A stretch of DNA of 64,000 nt, taken from assembly GCA_964016885.1 (NCBI GenBank), contig OZ024749.1, forward strand, positions 53,878,001-53,942,000. The letters run 5' to 3'. The notes under the pieces were generated by a model that was not told the DNA's origin, did not search any database, and worked only from the letters and a program-made list of their open reading frames with translations. Shown here piece after piece: positions 14,206-28,588 of the stretch (position 1 is its first letter; each line of letters begins with the position of its first letter). The translations under genes were made by a program, and so were the position numbers. The stretch comes from Eledone cirrhosa. Taxonomy: Eukaryota.

Positions 14206-15369
14206 CCATCATCATTATTATCCTTATCATTATCAACATCGTCATTATCATCATCACCGTCATCACCATTATCATCACCATCACGACCACAAAAACCACC
14301 ACTATCATCATCATGATTATCATCATCATCAACATCCTCTTCCTCCTCCTCACCATCATTATCATAACCATTATATAAAACGAGACATTTATTAATGTAG
14401 TACATCCTCTGCATAGATAGATAGATAGATAGATAGATACACAGACAGACAAATAGATAGATACATAGATAGATAAATAGACAGACAGATAGATATATAT
14501 ATAGATAGATATATAGATAGATAGTCCTATACGAGCAAGACAACCAATCTTGCCTCAAGTGGGAAAATTCCCGTCCAAACCCATGCAAGCGTGGAAGATG
14601 GACGTTAAACGATGATGATGATGATGATGATAGATAGATAGATAGTCAGACAGTCAGATAGATAGATATCTTTCTATAGATGTATTTTACTAGGGTGATT
14701 TTCTGGCGTTTACCCAGTGAAAGATTATAGCTCATTACAGCTAGCTAACAATAGTTGTTATGTTATATATGTAATGAATGCTGTTAGCTATGAACGACCT
14801 ACACCTTAACATGGCGTCTACTTAAAACTAGGTAATATAAAGATGTGGAAAAATAAAGGGAGATAACTCCAATTAAATTTTTTTTTTTGTTCATATAAAT
14901 TGGCGTGGAACTGTCTTTAAAAAAACAGATCTACTTCAATTTGTATTGTCCAATTTGGGTCATGCATTTATTTGCAGTCTCTGTAAGCCCCTCCCCCCTC
15001 AATACACACATACACACATACATACACTGATTTTGTAATATTTGTCCTTTTAAATATCCTCTAATTCGTCCTCTTTGTAGCAAATAAAGAAATCTTTTTT
15101 TTTTGTTTCATTTCATACCTGAAATACTTACAAACCCTACACATTATTACATACCTGGGATACTTACAAACCCTACACATTATTACCCTGTAAGAAGTTT
15201 ATCCCTGCTGTTTTTTTTTGTTTTTTGTTTTGTTTGTTGTTCAAATTTCTCTAATGAAATTTTGAAATTTTATTTATTAAGTTTGTTTTAACACATACTC
15301 AGGAAGAAAAAAAATTAAAAAAGTATTTTAAAACACTGTATTTAAACACCTGTATATAAACACCTAATT

Positions 15370-15672
15370 AACTAAGGTCCATCAAAACTCTGTATGTTCC
15401 CAACAAAACTCTATATATTCCCTAACTAAGGCCCAACAAAACTCTATATGTTCCCTAACTAAGGCTCATCAAAACTCTGAATGTCCCTTAACTAACTAAG
15501 GCCCATCAAAACTGTATGTCCCTTAACTAAGGCTCAACAAAACACTGTATGTCCCTTAACTAACTAAGGCCCATCAAAACTCTGTATGTCCCTTAACTAA
15601 GGCTCATCAAAACTCTGTATGTTCCTTAACTAACTAAAGCCCATCAAAACTCTGTATGTTCCCTAACTAAGA
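15370..15672. repeat. Minisatellite of ~32-38 bp units (CTAAGGCCCATCAAAACTCTGTATGTCCCTTAA)
   Basis: About nine diverged tandem copies. Confidence 0.85.
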
Positions 15673-16247
15673 CACAGACATACACACAGCTAGATCTAGT
15701 TTTCTCTACTGTCTGGTGTTTTATAATAGAAAAACAAACGTCAACTGTGCTGACATTTAAAGAGACAGGAACAGGGAGGTAAGTATCACCATTAGATACA
15801 ACACAGTAGCAGGCAATCCTCCTCAGAATACTGCTGCTTGTCATGAGAAGGGAGATGGGGGGGGGGAGAAAATGTAGTTTTGTTTCGAATATTTTTTAGA
15901 GAAAATTTTCGGCTTCAACAACAATAGAGGTAACAACAACAACAACAACAACATTAACTATAGTAACAACAACATTAGCAACATTAACAATAACACCAAC
16001 ATTACAACTATACAACAACAGCAACATGAGCAACAATAACACCAACATTAGCAACAGTAACAACAATCATCATCATTATCATCGGTTTTAAGGGAACTTT
16101 TCCATAAGGCATGAGTCAGACTGGGTATTTTGAGACAATGTTTTACAGTCAGGTTCCCTTCATGACACCAACCCCTTTTAGTTGCTTCTTACAATACTCA
16201 AGGACCTGGTGTACCTATTCTAAACCTGGGTATACACACTCTTTCCT

Positions 16248-16284
<37 letters not shown>

Positions 16285-17012
16285 TTGTCATTATAGAGGA
16301 CAAAAACATTACAATTGTTACCACCACCAGCACCACCAACACCACCACCACCACCAGCACCACCAGCACCACCACCACCACCATCCCCATTACCACCGAT
16401 AAAAAAATTAACTCTTTTACCACCAGCACCACCACAACCACCACTCCAACAACACCACCACTATCCCCATTACCACCATCACCTCCATTACCACCATCTC
16501 CCCCATTACCACCAACAAAAATCAACTCTTTTACCATCACCACCACCACCACCACCACCACAATACCACCCCAACACCACCACCACCACCACAACACCAC
16601 CCCAACACTACCACCACCACACCTATCCCCATCAAGCCTTACTGTAGGGTGCAGCATAGCATTCAAGTTTTTCAAGAAAAGCAGAGTTTATACAGAAGAG
16701 CGCCTACACTCCCTAGTGAGATCAGACCTTGGTTTCTTTACCAAAATTGGAATCAGGAGACTTATAAAGAAAAGATCCTCATCTACAGATACTTCAACAG
16801 AAACATTATAGAAATGCCAAGAGGATCGGTTGAAGAGTTTCATAGGCTGACCAAGATACTCTCATGGAATGACCAAATGAGGTTTATTTTTCAACATAGT
16901 CTCTAAAAAGAAACAATGCAGTTACTATACAAGAGTCGGCTGAAAAGTACATAGGCTGACCAAGGTACTCACATGGAATGATGATATATATATATATATA
17001 TATATACACATA

Positions 17013-17071
<59 letters not shown>

Positions 17072-18206
17072 GTGTGTGTATGCATGGTTCAGTAACTCCT
17101 GATAGAGTTGTAGGAGTACTACATTAACATACAGCATTTCTACTTACATACATACAAACATGGTGGCTGCCAACTCGTTTTCGAGTACGGCCACTACTTT
17201 ATATCCATGTAGGAGAACCCCTACCGATGCGCTGAACGAGTGTGAATTTTTAGTCCAGCCAGCGACTTGAAAACTCTGGTACAAACACTACACTTGTGAC
17301 AATTATTGACACATAGTGCTGGGCCCATGGTACCATGTGACGACAAGTGCAGAGAGATCTCCAGATATAAAGCAATGCCTGTGCTGTGAAGCTTTTATAG
17401 TGAGCAAAGGCACTGCACAAAGCCAGTCCCACTCTCTTAACCAAGATGATATTTACCAAAAAGAAGAATAAGTCAACATTATTGGATACCATCAGAGTTG
17501 CAGGTGTTATATCAGAGTTTTCCTTCTCCTAGAATTCTACCTTGACAAGGTTGTACTGGGATACATGTTACCAGTAGCACCAACTGGTGACCTGACATAC
17601 TTACATACCATACATACTTACATACATACACACATACATACATACATGCACACATACATACATACATACATGCACACATACATACATACCATACAAAAAA
17701 AAATATATATATATATAGTAATAATAAATGTGAAGACTAAAATCCAAAGAGGGTTCGATAAGGATAATATATATATTTGTATGTATATATATATGTTGGT
17801 AGGGGTTACGTCCAATAAATAGTAAATACGGTGTTAAATAACAAAACCCAAATTATAACTATTATAATTCTTAGTTGACATTATTCGCAGTTGATACTGG
17901 AGAAGTCACTTTGTAGAGGAGACTATGTCCTTCACTTTATATATCATGTTACTGGGGTGTTTATGTGTGTATATATATATGTGTGTGTGTATATATGTAT
18001 GTGTGCTTATATATCATATATATATATATATATGTTATTTATATATATATGTGATATATCTATATATATGATATATATATATATATATATATAAAAAATA
18101 TTAAAAAATTTTACTCTGCCATGTATTGAGTACCTTACTTACTGTGGTTATCCCCGACTCAACCCGGGACCTACGTATATATATATATATATATATATAC
18201 ATACAT

Positions 18207-18257
<51 letters not shown>

Positions 18258-18844
18258 AAACACAGATACAAAAACAATTAGTCTTATTAGTTTGACGCTT
18301 TTGAGGAAAGAGAGAAAAAAGTTCCACTGCGTATTGGATATAACTGTGAGTATGTGTATGAGTGTGATCGTGTGTGTATGTATAAGTATTTCTATATACG
18401 TGGTGGGTGTATATACATATGTGTTTGTGTATATGGACACATGAGTAGGTAGGTGTGAATGTGTATCTGTGTATCTGCGTGTGTGTGTGTATGTGTATTT
18501 GCGTGTGTAGGTGTGAATGTGTATGTGTATCTGTGTGTGTGTGTGTATCTGCGTGTGTATGTGTGTGTGTCTGTATATTTGTGTGTGTGTGTGTGTATGT
18601 GTGTGTGCATTACAAACACACCCACACTCACAGCCATGGATCAACCCAAGCCGTATGTGAAAGATCATGTAAGATGAACAAAATTATATGGAATCCTTTT
18701 TGAAGTATTATACCTGTAATTCTAATGGCCAGGTATGTCATATTGTGTCATGTTAGCTGCTTCAGGTACATAGCTTAATGGTTAAAGCATTGAGTTTGCA
18801 ACTGTGAGGTGCTGAGTTCAATTTCACACTCAGAGTTGCTGAAG

Positions 18845-20064
18845 CATGGAACAAACTACCAGCATCAGTTGTTAGCTGTTGGGACACTGCATCTTTCAAA
18901 ACCTCCATGGAACAAACTACCAGTATCAGTTGTTAGCTGTTGGGACACTGCATCTTTCAAAACCTCCATGGAACAAACTACCTGTATCAGTTGTTAGCTG
19001 TTGGGACACTGCATCTTTCAAAACCTCCATGGAACAAACTACCAGCATCAGTTGTTAGCTGTTGGGACACTGCATCTTTCAAAACCTCCATGGAACAAAC
19101 TACCAGCATCAGTTGTTAGCTGTTGGGACACTGCATCTTTCAAAACCTCCATGGAACAAACTACCAGCATCAGTTGTTAGCTGTTGGGACACTGCATCTT
19201 TCAAAACCTCCATGGAACAAACTACCAGCATCAGTTGTTAGCTGTTGGGACACTGCATCTTTCAAAACCTCCATGGAACAAACTACCAGCATCAGTTGTT
19301 AGCTGTTGGGACACTGCATCTTTCAAAACCTCCATGGAACAAACTACCAGCATCAGTTGTTAGCTGTTGGGACACTGCATCTTTCAAAACCTCCATGGAA
19401 CAAACTACCAGCATCAGTTGTTAGCTGTTGGGACACTGCATCTTTCAAAACCTCCATGGAACAAACTACCAGCATCAGTTGTTAGCTGTTGGGACACTGC
19501 ATCTTTCAAAACCTCCATGGAACAAACTACCAGCATCAGTTGTTAGCTGTTGGGACACTGCATCTTTCAAAACCTCCATGGAACAAACTACCAGCATCAG
19601 TTGTTAGCTGTTGGGACACTGCATCTTTCAAAACCTCCATGGAACAAACTACCAGCATCAGTTGTTAGCTGTTGGGACACTGCATCTTTCAAAACCTCCA
19701 TGGAACAAACTACCAGCATCAGTTGTTAGCTGTTGGGACACTGCATCTTTCAAAACCTCCATGGAACAAACTACCAGCATCAGTTGTTAGCTGTTGGGAC
19801 ACTGCATCTTTCAAAACCTCCATGGAACAAACTACCAGCATCAGTTGTTAGCTGTTGGGACACTGCATCTTTCAAAACCTCCATGGAACAAACTACCAGC
19901 ATCAGTTGTTAGCTGTTGGGACACTGCATCTTTCAAAACCTCCATGGAACAAACTACCAGTATCAGTTGTTAGCTGTTGGGACACTGCATCTTTCAAAAC
20001 CTCCATGGAACAAACTACCAGCATCAGTTGTTAGCTGTTGGGACACTGCATCTTTCAAAACCTC
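18845..20064 (+). repeat. Minisatellite, 20 x 61 bp, derived from a CR1/L2 LINE 3' end
   Basis: Unit CATGGAACAAACTACCAGCATCAGTTGTTAGCTGTTGGGACACTGCATCTTTCAAAACCTC; single-copy parent at 26777-26890. Confidence 0.95.
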
Positions 20065-20406
20065 CATGCTTCCTGAAATTTGCCAACACTACACCTCATA
20101 TTCCCTCTCCATACACACGCATGCATGCACTACGTTGGTTCTTTGGTAAATCTTTGACCATTTGTCTAAGAACTTTCTTCCCCCCCCATATCCCCACCAC
20201 CACCCCGTCCCCCACTATCTTCCAGTTGTTTCTATTTTGGGAGTAATTGTTCTATGAATTGACTTACCAATATCTAATTCCTTACCTTATTGATGTATGG
20301 AACTCTGCAAATTATTCCTAATCAAAAGAATTACAAGTGTCAATAAAATGGTAAAACGTTTTCCAATAATCTTCACGTTGAATTATTAGATTAAGGTTAG
20401 GAACTA

Positions 20407-21215
20407 ATGGTGGGGTTAGTGGTGGTGGTGGTGGTGATGGTAGTGGTGGTGATGGTATTGGTGGTGTCGATGGTGGTGGTAGTGGTGGCGGTGTCGGTGG
20501 TGGTGGTGGTGGTGATGGTATTGGTGGTGTCGGTGGTGGTGGTAGTGGTGGCGGTGTCGGTGGTGGTGGTGGTGGTGGTGGTATTGGTGATGGTGTCGGT
20601 GGTGGTGGCGATGGTGGTGATAGTGATGGTGATGCCGGTGGCGATGGTGGTGGTATTGGTGACGGTGTCGGTGATGGAGATGGTATTGCTGGTGATGTCG
20701 GTGGTGGTGGTCGTGATGTTGTGATATCGGTGTTGGTTGTGGTGGCGGTGGTGATGGTGTTGGTGGTGGTGTTGGTGGTTGTGTTATTGGTAGTGGTGTC
20801 GGTGGTGGTGATGGTGGTGGTTGTGTTATTGGTAGTGGTGTCGGTGGTGGTGGTGGTGGTGGTGGTGGTGGTGGTGGTGGTGGTGGTGTTGGTGGTTGTG
20901 TTATTGGTAGTGGTGTCGGTGGTGGTGATGGTGGTGGTTGTGTTATTGGTAGTGGTGTCGGTGGTGGTGTCGGTGGTGGTGGTGGTGGTGGTGGTGGTGG
21001 TGGTGGTGGTGGTGGTGGTGGTGTTGGTGGTTGTGTTATTGGTAATGGTGTCGGTGGTGGTGATGGTGGTGGTTGTGTTATTGGTAGTGGTGTCGGTGGT
21101 GGTGGTGGTGGTGGTGGTGGTGGTGGTGGTGGTGGTGTTGGTGGTTGTGTTATTGGTAGTGGTGTCGGTGGTGGTGGTGATGGTGGTGGTGATGGTGGTG
21201 GTGGTGTCGGTGATG
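20407..21215. repeat. (GGT)n-derived repeat with higher-order units GTTGTGTTATTGGTAGTGGTGTCG; similar triplet tracts at 14170-14370, 16320-16625, 22797-23005, 25437-25715
   Basis: Direct reading. Confidence 0.92.
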
Positions 21216-21485
21216 GTGCAAATGATACCCTCAATATAGTCCAGACTGAACTATATTGAGAGAGAGAACCCCTTATGTGTATTGGTGTGAGTTTTGTGGG
21301 ATGTAGGATCTCACAATAGCCAACACGAAGACTAGAAGGGCCAGGCTGTAGATGACCCTGCGATGGAAATCAGTTTAGCCTAGTAACAGGCTGCTGTGGG
21401 GGGGGGGGGGGGGTGACAAGGTGACAAGTAGCTGGCTGTGACTTGAGGACAAGCAGTAAAATCAGAGCCAGAACAGCAAGCTTAA

Positions 21486-21693
21486 CCCTTTAGCATTTAA
21501 AGTGGCCGTAGCTGGCCAGAAATCTCTCAACTCTTTCTGTTCAAACCGGCCATAATCGGCTGATCATATTTATGTTAAGGTATTGTTCTCAAAATAAATA
21601 ATATCAAAATCTCATAGATTCGATATTATGTGAGGTAAAGCCTTTACTGTGACAATACAATAGTATATATAGAGTAATGTAAATGGTAAAGGG
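21486..21693 (+). mobile_element. piggyBac-like MITE (~208 bp), 8 copies in window
   Basis: TTAA on both sides, CCCTTTAGCATTTA-type TIRs; other copies 1737-1957, 3310-3529, 3530-3716, 12387-12816, 43630-43827, 45821-46015, 53418-53611. Confidence 0.85.
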
Positions 21694-22347
21694 TTAAAGA
21701 TCAAGCTACTGGACTGTAATCAAACTATTTTTCGCCACACGGTGGGTGAAGGCACAGGGAGGGAAGAGGAATATTAAGAAAGAATGAAGGATGGTAATAT
21801 CTACGTAGGAGTGTGTTTGGTTTGAAACAACAAGTAGGTCAATGATGTACAATATCAAAAATGTGTAGATGACATAACAAGACCCAGAATTAGAGTAGGT
21901 TATACGGATGATAAAATATAAAGAAGGCCAGAGCTACACCCTAATTATTTGGAGGGCAAAAGAACCAGTTGTTTCTACATTTGGCACAAGGCCAGCAATT
22001 ACTGGTGTATTACTGGTACTTTATTTTATCAACCCCCGTAAGAATGAAAAGCAAAGCTAACCTTGGCGGGATTTGAACTCATACCATAAAGGGCCATAAC
22101 TCTGTGCCGCAAAGCACATTGTCTGACACTCTACCGATACTGCCAATACATTAATACATTAATAATGATTCTACTTTTGGCACAAGGCCAGCAATTACCC
22201 CAGTGCATTACTGGTACTTTATTTTATCAACCCCCGTAAGAATGAAAGGCAAAGCTAACCTTGCTGGGATTTGAACTCATACCATAAAGGGACGTAACTC
22301 TATGTTGCAAAGCATGGTGTCCAACCCTCTACTGATACTGCCATAAA

Positions 22348-22514
22348 CAATGGTGGTTTTTAATCAGTGTAGATGAGGCCCTGTGCTAGTTAAGTTATGA
22401 GGCCCCTTACTTGGGCCCTAAAGGAGGTAAAAAAAAATTTGGAAGATGTCCCCCCCCCCCCCCCGGCCAACGGGGCCCTGTGCACACCTAAGCACAATGG
22501 TAAATCTAGCACTG
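22348..22514. mobile_element. Possible hAT-like MITE
   Basis: Degenerate CA(A/G)TGGTGG.TTT...TAAATCTAGCACTG ends and repeated GGCCC subterminal motifs; TSD not resolved. Confidence 0.35.
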
Positions 22515-22825
22515 TTTCTAATGTAAGCACAAGGCCGGCAATCAAGGGGAAGGGTGCAAGAGAGTTGATAGTAACGACTCCAGTACATAACTGGTACTTT
22601 ATTTTATTGACCTTGGAAAAATGAAAGGATGAAAAATTGACCTTGGTGGGTAAATTGTTTCAAATTTATGTACCAAGGTCAGTAGTATTTTTTTTGTTTT
22701 TTTTTTGGTGGGGGAGAGGCAGGGGTGGTGTTGAAAGTCGAGTTTATTAATCACCAATATTTAACTGGTATTTTTATTTATTGATGCCCTAGTATTCATG
22801 ATGATGATGATGATGATGTTTATCG

Positions 22826-22860
<35 letters not shown>

Positions 22861-22975
22861 ATGATGTTTATGATGTTTATGATAATTATTATGATGATGA
22901 TGATTATGATAATGATGATGACAATGATGACAATGATGATGGTGGTGATGGTGATGACAGTGATGATGATGACAG

Positions 22976-23006
<31 letters not shown>

Positions 23007-23289
23007 ATTCAGTTCAAGATTGATCAAACCATTCTTTCAATTCTAGATAATTCCAAACAATTTTCCTCAATTCCTTCATCAATTCCCAAACCATTCTTAG
23101 CTTTACAATATTGAAAGCTTTCTAAAAGCTTCTATCTTTTTACCTTCCTTATCCTTCTTTCATTCTTTCCTTTCTTTCTTTCTATCTTTTCTTCTTTCTT
23201 TCTTTCCTTCTTTCTTTCTTTCTTTCTCTTCAATTTTTCTATTCATTCTTATTTTTTTCTTTCAATTTCTTTTTAATATATATATATAT

Positions 23290-23474
23290 ATTGTATAGAA
23301 GGAGCTTCTACAGGACTAGTACTGTTTCATTCAGATGAAATCTTCAGGAAGCATCTGAATGAAACAGTACTAGTCCTGTAGAAGCTCCTTCTATACAATT
23401 AAAATTTTTTTACTCTGCCATGTATTGAGTACCTTACTTACTGTGGTTATCCCCGACTCAACCCGGGACCTACG
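23290..23474 (+). mobile_element. Fold-back element in (TA)n (family B)
   Basis: Perfect 48-bp arms 23290-23337 / 23352-23399, 75-bp tail also seen at 18100-18175 and, reversed, at 28980-29095. Confidence 0.75.
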
Positions 23475-23506
<32 letters not shown>

Positions 23507-24101
23507 CTCACTCTCAAAAGCGTGAACCTAATAAACTATCATTTGTACTGCCTCTCTGTTTTTTGTTCCTCTCTAATATTTAACTATATATATATATGTA
23601 TATATATCAGCTCTCCCTCCCACACACACTCTCTCTCTCTCTGCCTACACTCTCCTCCATTCCCTCTTTATCTCCTCCTTAGACACACACACACACTCTC
23701 TCTCTCTCCCTACACTCTCCTCTACTTCCTCTTTCTCTCCCTCTCACATACACACACTCTCTGTCTCCTCCCAGCTCTCCCACTCTCTCTAAAGCAATAC
23801 TAATTACACACACACATACAAAGAACAGTAACTCTTTCTTCCATCTCATTAATCCATTATATATTTTTGTCCCACAAAATAATGTTGATTCTCTCTACAG
23901 TTCATGTTTTTTGGTGTGTCGTTTTCTTTTTAGATTTGGCTGAAGTTACCAAACTCTCCTCTCTTGAATTCCTGCCAATTCCATTCAATCATTTCACGAG
24001 GACAAAACAAATCAAAGGAAACAACAACAACAACAATAACACAAAAACAACACAAGAAAAAAATACATAAAAGAAGAAAAAAAGAAAACTATACATATAA
24101 T

Positions 24102-24104
<3 letters not shown>

Positions 24105-24182
<78 letters not shown>

Positions 24183-24246
24183 GGTACTTGGCAAATAACT
24201 ATATATATCACCTATCCCCCCTTTTTTCTCTTTCTCGATACGTAAA

Positions 24247-24304
<58 letters not shown>

Positions 24305-24308
24305 ATAG

Positions 24309-24348
<40 letters not shown>

Positions 24349-24483
24349 ATAGTATATATAATATATATATATTATATAATAGTATATATAATATATATAT
24401 ATATATATATTATATAATAGTATATATAATATATATATATTATATAATAGTATATATAATATATATATATATATTATATAATA

Positions 24484-24553
<70 letters not shown>

Positions 24554-24574
24554 ATAGTATATATAATATATATA

Positions 24575-24633
<59 letters not shown>

Positions 24634-24711
24634 ATAGTATATATATAATATATATATATTTATATATATATATATATATATAAAATATATATTATATATA
24701 TAATACTATAC

Positions 24712-24762
<51 letters not shown>

Positions 24763-24969
24763 AAGGAGTTATGGTAAGGAACCAGATGAACCATAACGCA
24801 CCAGAGTACTCAATACTTAGGGTAGTAGAGTGGGAAATAAGAACAAGTAGGACCCCAACGCCAGAGCTCAGAAATAGTCGTCAAAACGGCTTGAGCTCTG
24901 CCAGCGGGGTCATACTTTTTCATATATATATATATATATATATAATATGTTATATATATAATAATATAC

Positions 24970-25068
<99 letters not shown>

Positions 25069-25188
25069 GTTATATATATAATAATATACATATATATAAT
25101 ATATATATATAATATATATAATATATATATATATATATAATATGTTATATATATAATAATATACATATATATATAATATATATATATA

Positions 25189-25238
<50 letters not shown>

Positions 25239-25276
25239 GTGTTATATATATAATAATATACATATATATAATATAT

Positions 25277-25310
<34 letters not shown>

Positions 25311-25335
25311 ACATATTATATATATATATATATAA
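24105..25335. repeat. (TA)n block interrupted by small elements
   Basis: Direct reading. Confidence 0.93.
24757..24923 (-). mobile_element. Degenerate fold-back element in (TA)n (family H)
   Basis: GACCCC..AGAGCTCA / TGAGCTCT..GGGGTC arms; tail shared with 29150-29230 and 7790-7830. Confidence 0.55.
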
Positions 25336-26487
25336 GATACTTTGATCAATGAATAATCTAGCTGTGTTCAGGAACATATACTAGGAAACTGATGTATAGA
25401 TTAAACATGAAATAGAAGAAGCATAACATATTTCCAGCATCATCATCATTGTCATCAGCATCACTACCACCACTATCATCACCATAATCATCTCCATCAC
25501 CACCATCCCCATCACTATAATCATCACCATCACCACTACCCCCACTATTATCACCACCATCATCATCATCGTCAACACCACCACCACCACCACCACCACT
25601 ACAACCACCATCGTCATCATCATCATCACTATCATCACCACCACCACCGCCATCACATTACCACCACCATCATCACTGCCACCACCACCACCATCATCAT
25701 CATCACCATCACAATCATGGTAAACATGGTGGTAGACTCCCATTAGTCTCAGATTAACCCTGAAAAAACAAAATGTCAGAAGAGTGTACTGACCTTCCTT
25801 CCCTAACTAAGAGGTAAAACAAACAAACAAACATAGAGACATAGGAAGGTTAGATAAAATGATAAACTATTTTAAATGTCATCTAAATCCTGTGTAGACT
25901 TTGGGGACCAGTTTTCAAAAGCCTGGCTTTATGATATTAAACATAGCTTACATGGGTTGTCAGGCTTTGGTTGCTGGCTGTCAGGGTGTGGGGCCCTGTT
26001 TTCAGAACATTCTAGACTGACCATTTCACAATAATTCTAAGGAGGTTCATATCACTTTTGTCAATTTTCTAAATCTCATGTTGCACCATTGAAAATTAAG
26101 ACAATAAGACTTGATGCACCCAGTACACTCTGTAAATGAGAAGCTGGTTGACAGGAAAATGTCTGAGGGGCAAGCCCGAAGCAACCCAGTATATATATAT
26201 ATATATATATATATACAATACATAAACAGAGAAAGCCTTAAGCGATACTCCGACCAACTCCATCTCACTCAACAAGAATAATGTCTCATATAAAATAATA
26301 CAACCAATTATCCCCGAAATACTGATTAGTTAGCACCCCAAACACTAAATTGGGATAATACTTAAGTATTATATAATACAACCAATTATCCCCGAAATAC
26401 TGATTAGTTAGCACCCCAAACACTAAATTGGGATAATACTTAAGTATTATTTTATATGAGACATTATTAAATAAATATTCCATTTCT

Positions 26488-26611
26488 TCCAGACGGCCGT
26501 TTCGTTATAAGATTTCTACAATTTGGGATAAATAATTTCCAGGTTATGTAGAAACTTGTATATAATCCATAGTTTTATACACAAGCGGGCTCTTATAAAC
26601 ACATCAGTGGA
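26488..26611 (-). ncRNA. Type I hammerhead motif with branched stem II, A9 altered
   Basis: Reverse strand TCCA-CTGATGT-GTTTATAAGA...TCTTATAAC-GAAA-CGGCCG-TC-TGGA; palindromic ACGGCCGT stem III, GUC site. Confidence 0.65.
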
Positions 26612-26695
26612 TGCCTAGTCAATAACGGTATAAGAATTATATCGACATTAACAGAATGGTGATGGACTCCCTATATATATATATATATAAATTCC

Positions 26696-27050
26696 ATGTG
26701 TCTAAGACACGTGGGCATGCCTACAAAGTCAGAAAACAGCACAGCTCCTATGACTTACAGAAACATTTTTTCATGCTCAGAGTTGCTGAAGCATGGAACA
26801 AACTCCCTGCGTCAGTTGTTAGCTGTTGAGACACTGCATCTTTTAAAACCTCCATGCTTCCTGAGATTCGCCAACACTACACCTGATGTCCCCCCTCCAT
26901 ACAGACACACACATACACATGTTTTTCATGACTTGTACACTATTCATTTTCCTGACATTTGTACATTATTCTATGTACTATACATGCACCTTTGATGAGT
27001 TGTAGTGCACCTGAGCACTGTACACAATAATTTCATTATTATCATTATAT
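26696..27050 (+). mobile_element. CR1/L2-like LINE 3' fragment
   Basis: Encodes FF.LRVAEAWNKLPASVVS..TASFK, the ORF2 C-terminal motif, followed by 3' UTR and an (ATT)n tail. Confidence 0.75.
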
Positions 27051-28108
27051 TATTATTATATCTTTATCATTGACACAAAACTATCCAGGTATGACCAGTC
27101 TTCTTGTTTTTGTTATATAACATATGCACAATGGCTAGACAGACAGATTGAGCTTGGTGAGCCAGACTAAGGTGTCATTTGTAGTTTTATAGATTGTCTC
27201 CAGGCCACCGGGAAAACGTATGAAAGGGGGCAATCCCAAAACTACCCAGTATATATATATATATATATATATACATCTCTATCATTGACACGATATTACT
27301 CAGATATGTATGACCCAGTATATCTATTTATCTCATAGTATGATAAATGTATATCTATATCCCAATGATATCCCAGCTATACACTATATATACCACAGTA
27401 ATAAGATATATCCTGATAATATACCACATATACACTATATATACCACAGTAATAAGATATATCCTGATAATATACCACATATACACTATATATACCACAG
27501 TAATAAGATATATAGTGATATACACTATATATACAACAGTAATAAGATATATAGTGATTAAAATAACCAATAGTAAAATCAATATTATGATAAAATAGCA
27601 GGAATTTATCCACCTGTTAAATTTTTAGTTTATCAGCAAATATTAAAAAAATATATCATGTTAATAATGTTGGTTATATCCTTTATGTAGAATGATTGGC
27701 TGGGTGGCTGGTTGGGTGCCTGGCTGGTTGGGTGTGTGAATGGGGAGGTGGGTGGCTAGTTAGGTGACTGGCTGGGTGGCTGGGTGGCTGGTTGGGTGCC
27801 TGGCTGGTTGGATGGGTGGGTGGGTGGGAAGGTGCCTGGCTGGTTGGGTGGGAAGGTGGGTGGCTGGGTGAATGGGAAGATGGTTGGCTAGTTAGGTGAC
27901 TGGCTGGGTGGACGATTGGGTAGCTGGTGAGTGGCTGGTTGGCTGGCCGGGTGACTGATTACCTGGGTGGTTGGCTGGGTGGCTGGTGTGTGCTAAAGTG
28001 TATGCTATTACCCACCAATTTCTGACATAGATTAGCTATTACTATGTTGTAATAAGTTATGTCAATTCATTTTATATATATTTATATATATATATATTTA
28101 TATATATA

Positions 28109-28154
<46 letters not shown>

Positions 28155-28186
28155 TAGGGCGGGTAAAATTCCCGATATATATATAT

Positions 28187-28400
28187 ATATTTATTAAAAT
28201 AACAGATTAAAGTTTAAGCAAAGAATCGTTGCTTTCACCCTTAACGGGATCTTCTGTTAAGAGTGAAAGCAGCGATTCTTTGCTTAAACTTTAATCTGTT
28301 ATTTTAATAAATATTTGCTCTATGGTTCTTATATATTTGATATATATTTTCCCTAACGAGCCCTCTTTGGATTTTAATCTTCAAATTTATTATTATTACT
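28187..28400 (+). mobile_element. Fold-back element in (TA)n (family D)
   Basis: ~60-bp arms around 28250 plus tail; tail relatives at 32005-32122 and, reversed, at 17715-17770. Confidence 0.7.
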
Positions 28401-28557
28401 ATATATATATGTATATATATGTATATGTACACACACACACTTATATATATATATATGTATTTGTACACACACACACACTTATATATATATATATGTATTT
28501 GTACACACACACACTTATATATATATATATATATATGTATTTGTACACACACACACT

Positions 28558-28588
<31 letters not shown>

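Noticed and set aside
18845-20064. Regular array resembling a CRISPR
   Set aside because: Contiguous identical units without unique spacers, eukaryotic context, and the unit maps to a LINE 3' end.
20416-21239. Proline-rich extensin/mucin-like ORF and poly-Val ORFs
   Set aside because: (GGT)n-derived repeat open in multiple frames; no exon boundaries.
27697-27990. G-rich GGCT/GGGT tract with G-quadruplex potential
   Set aside because: Ordinary degenerate tetranucleotide repeat; nothing supports a function.
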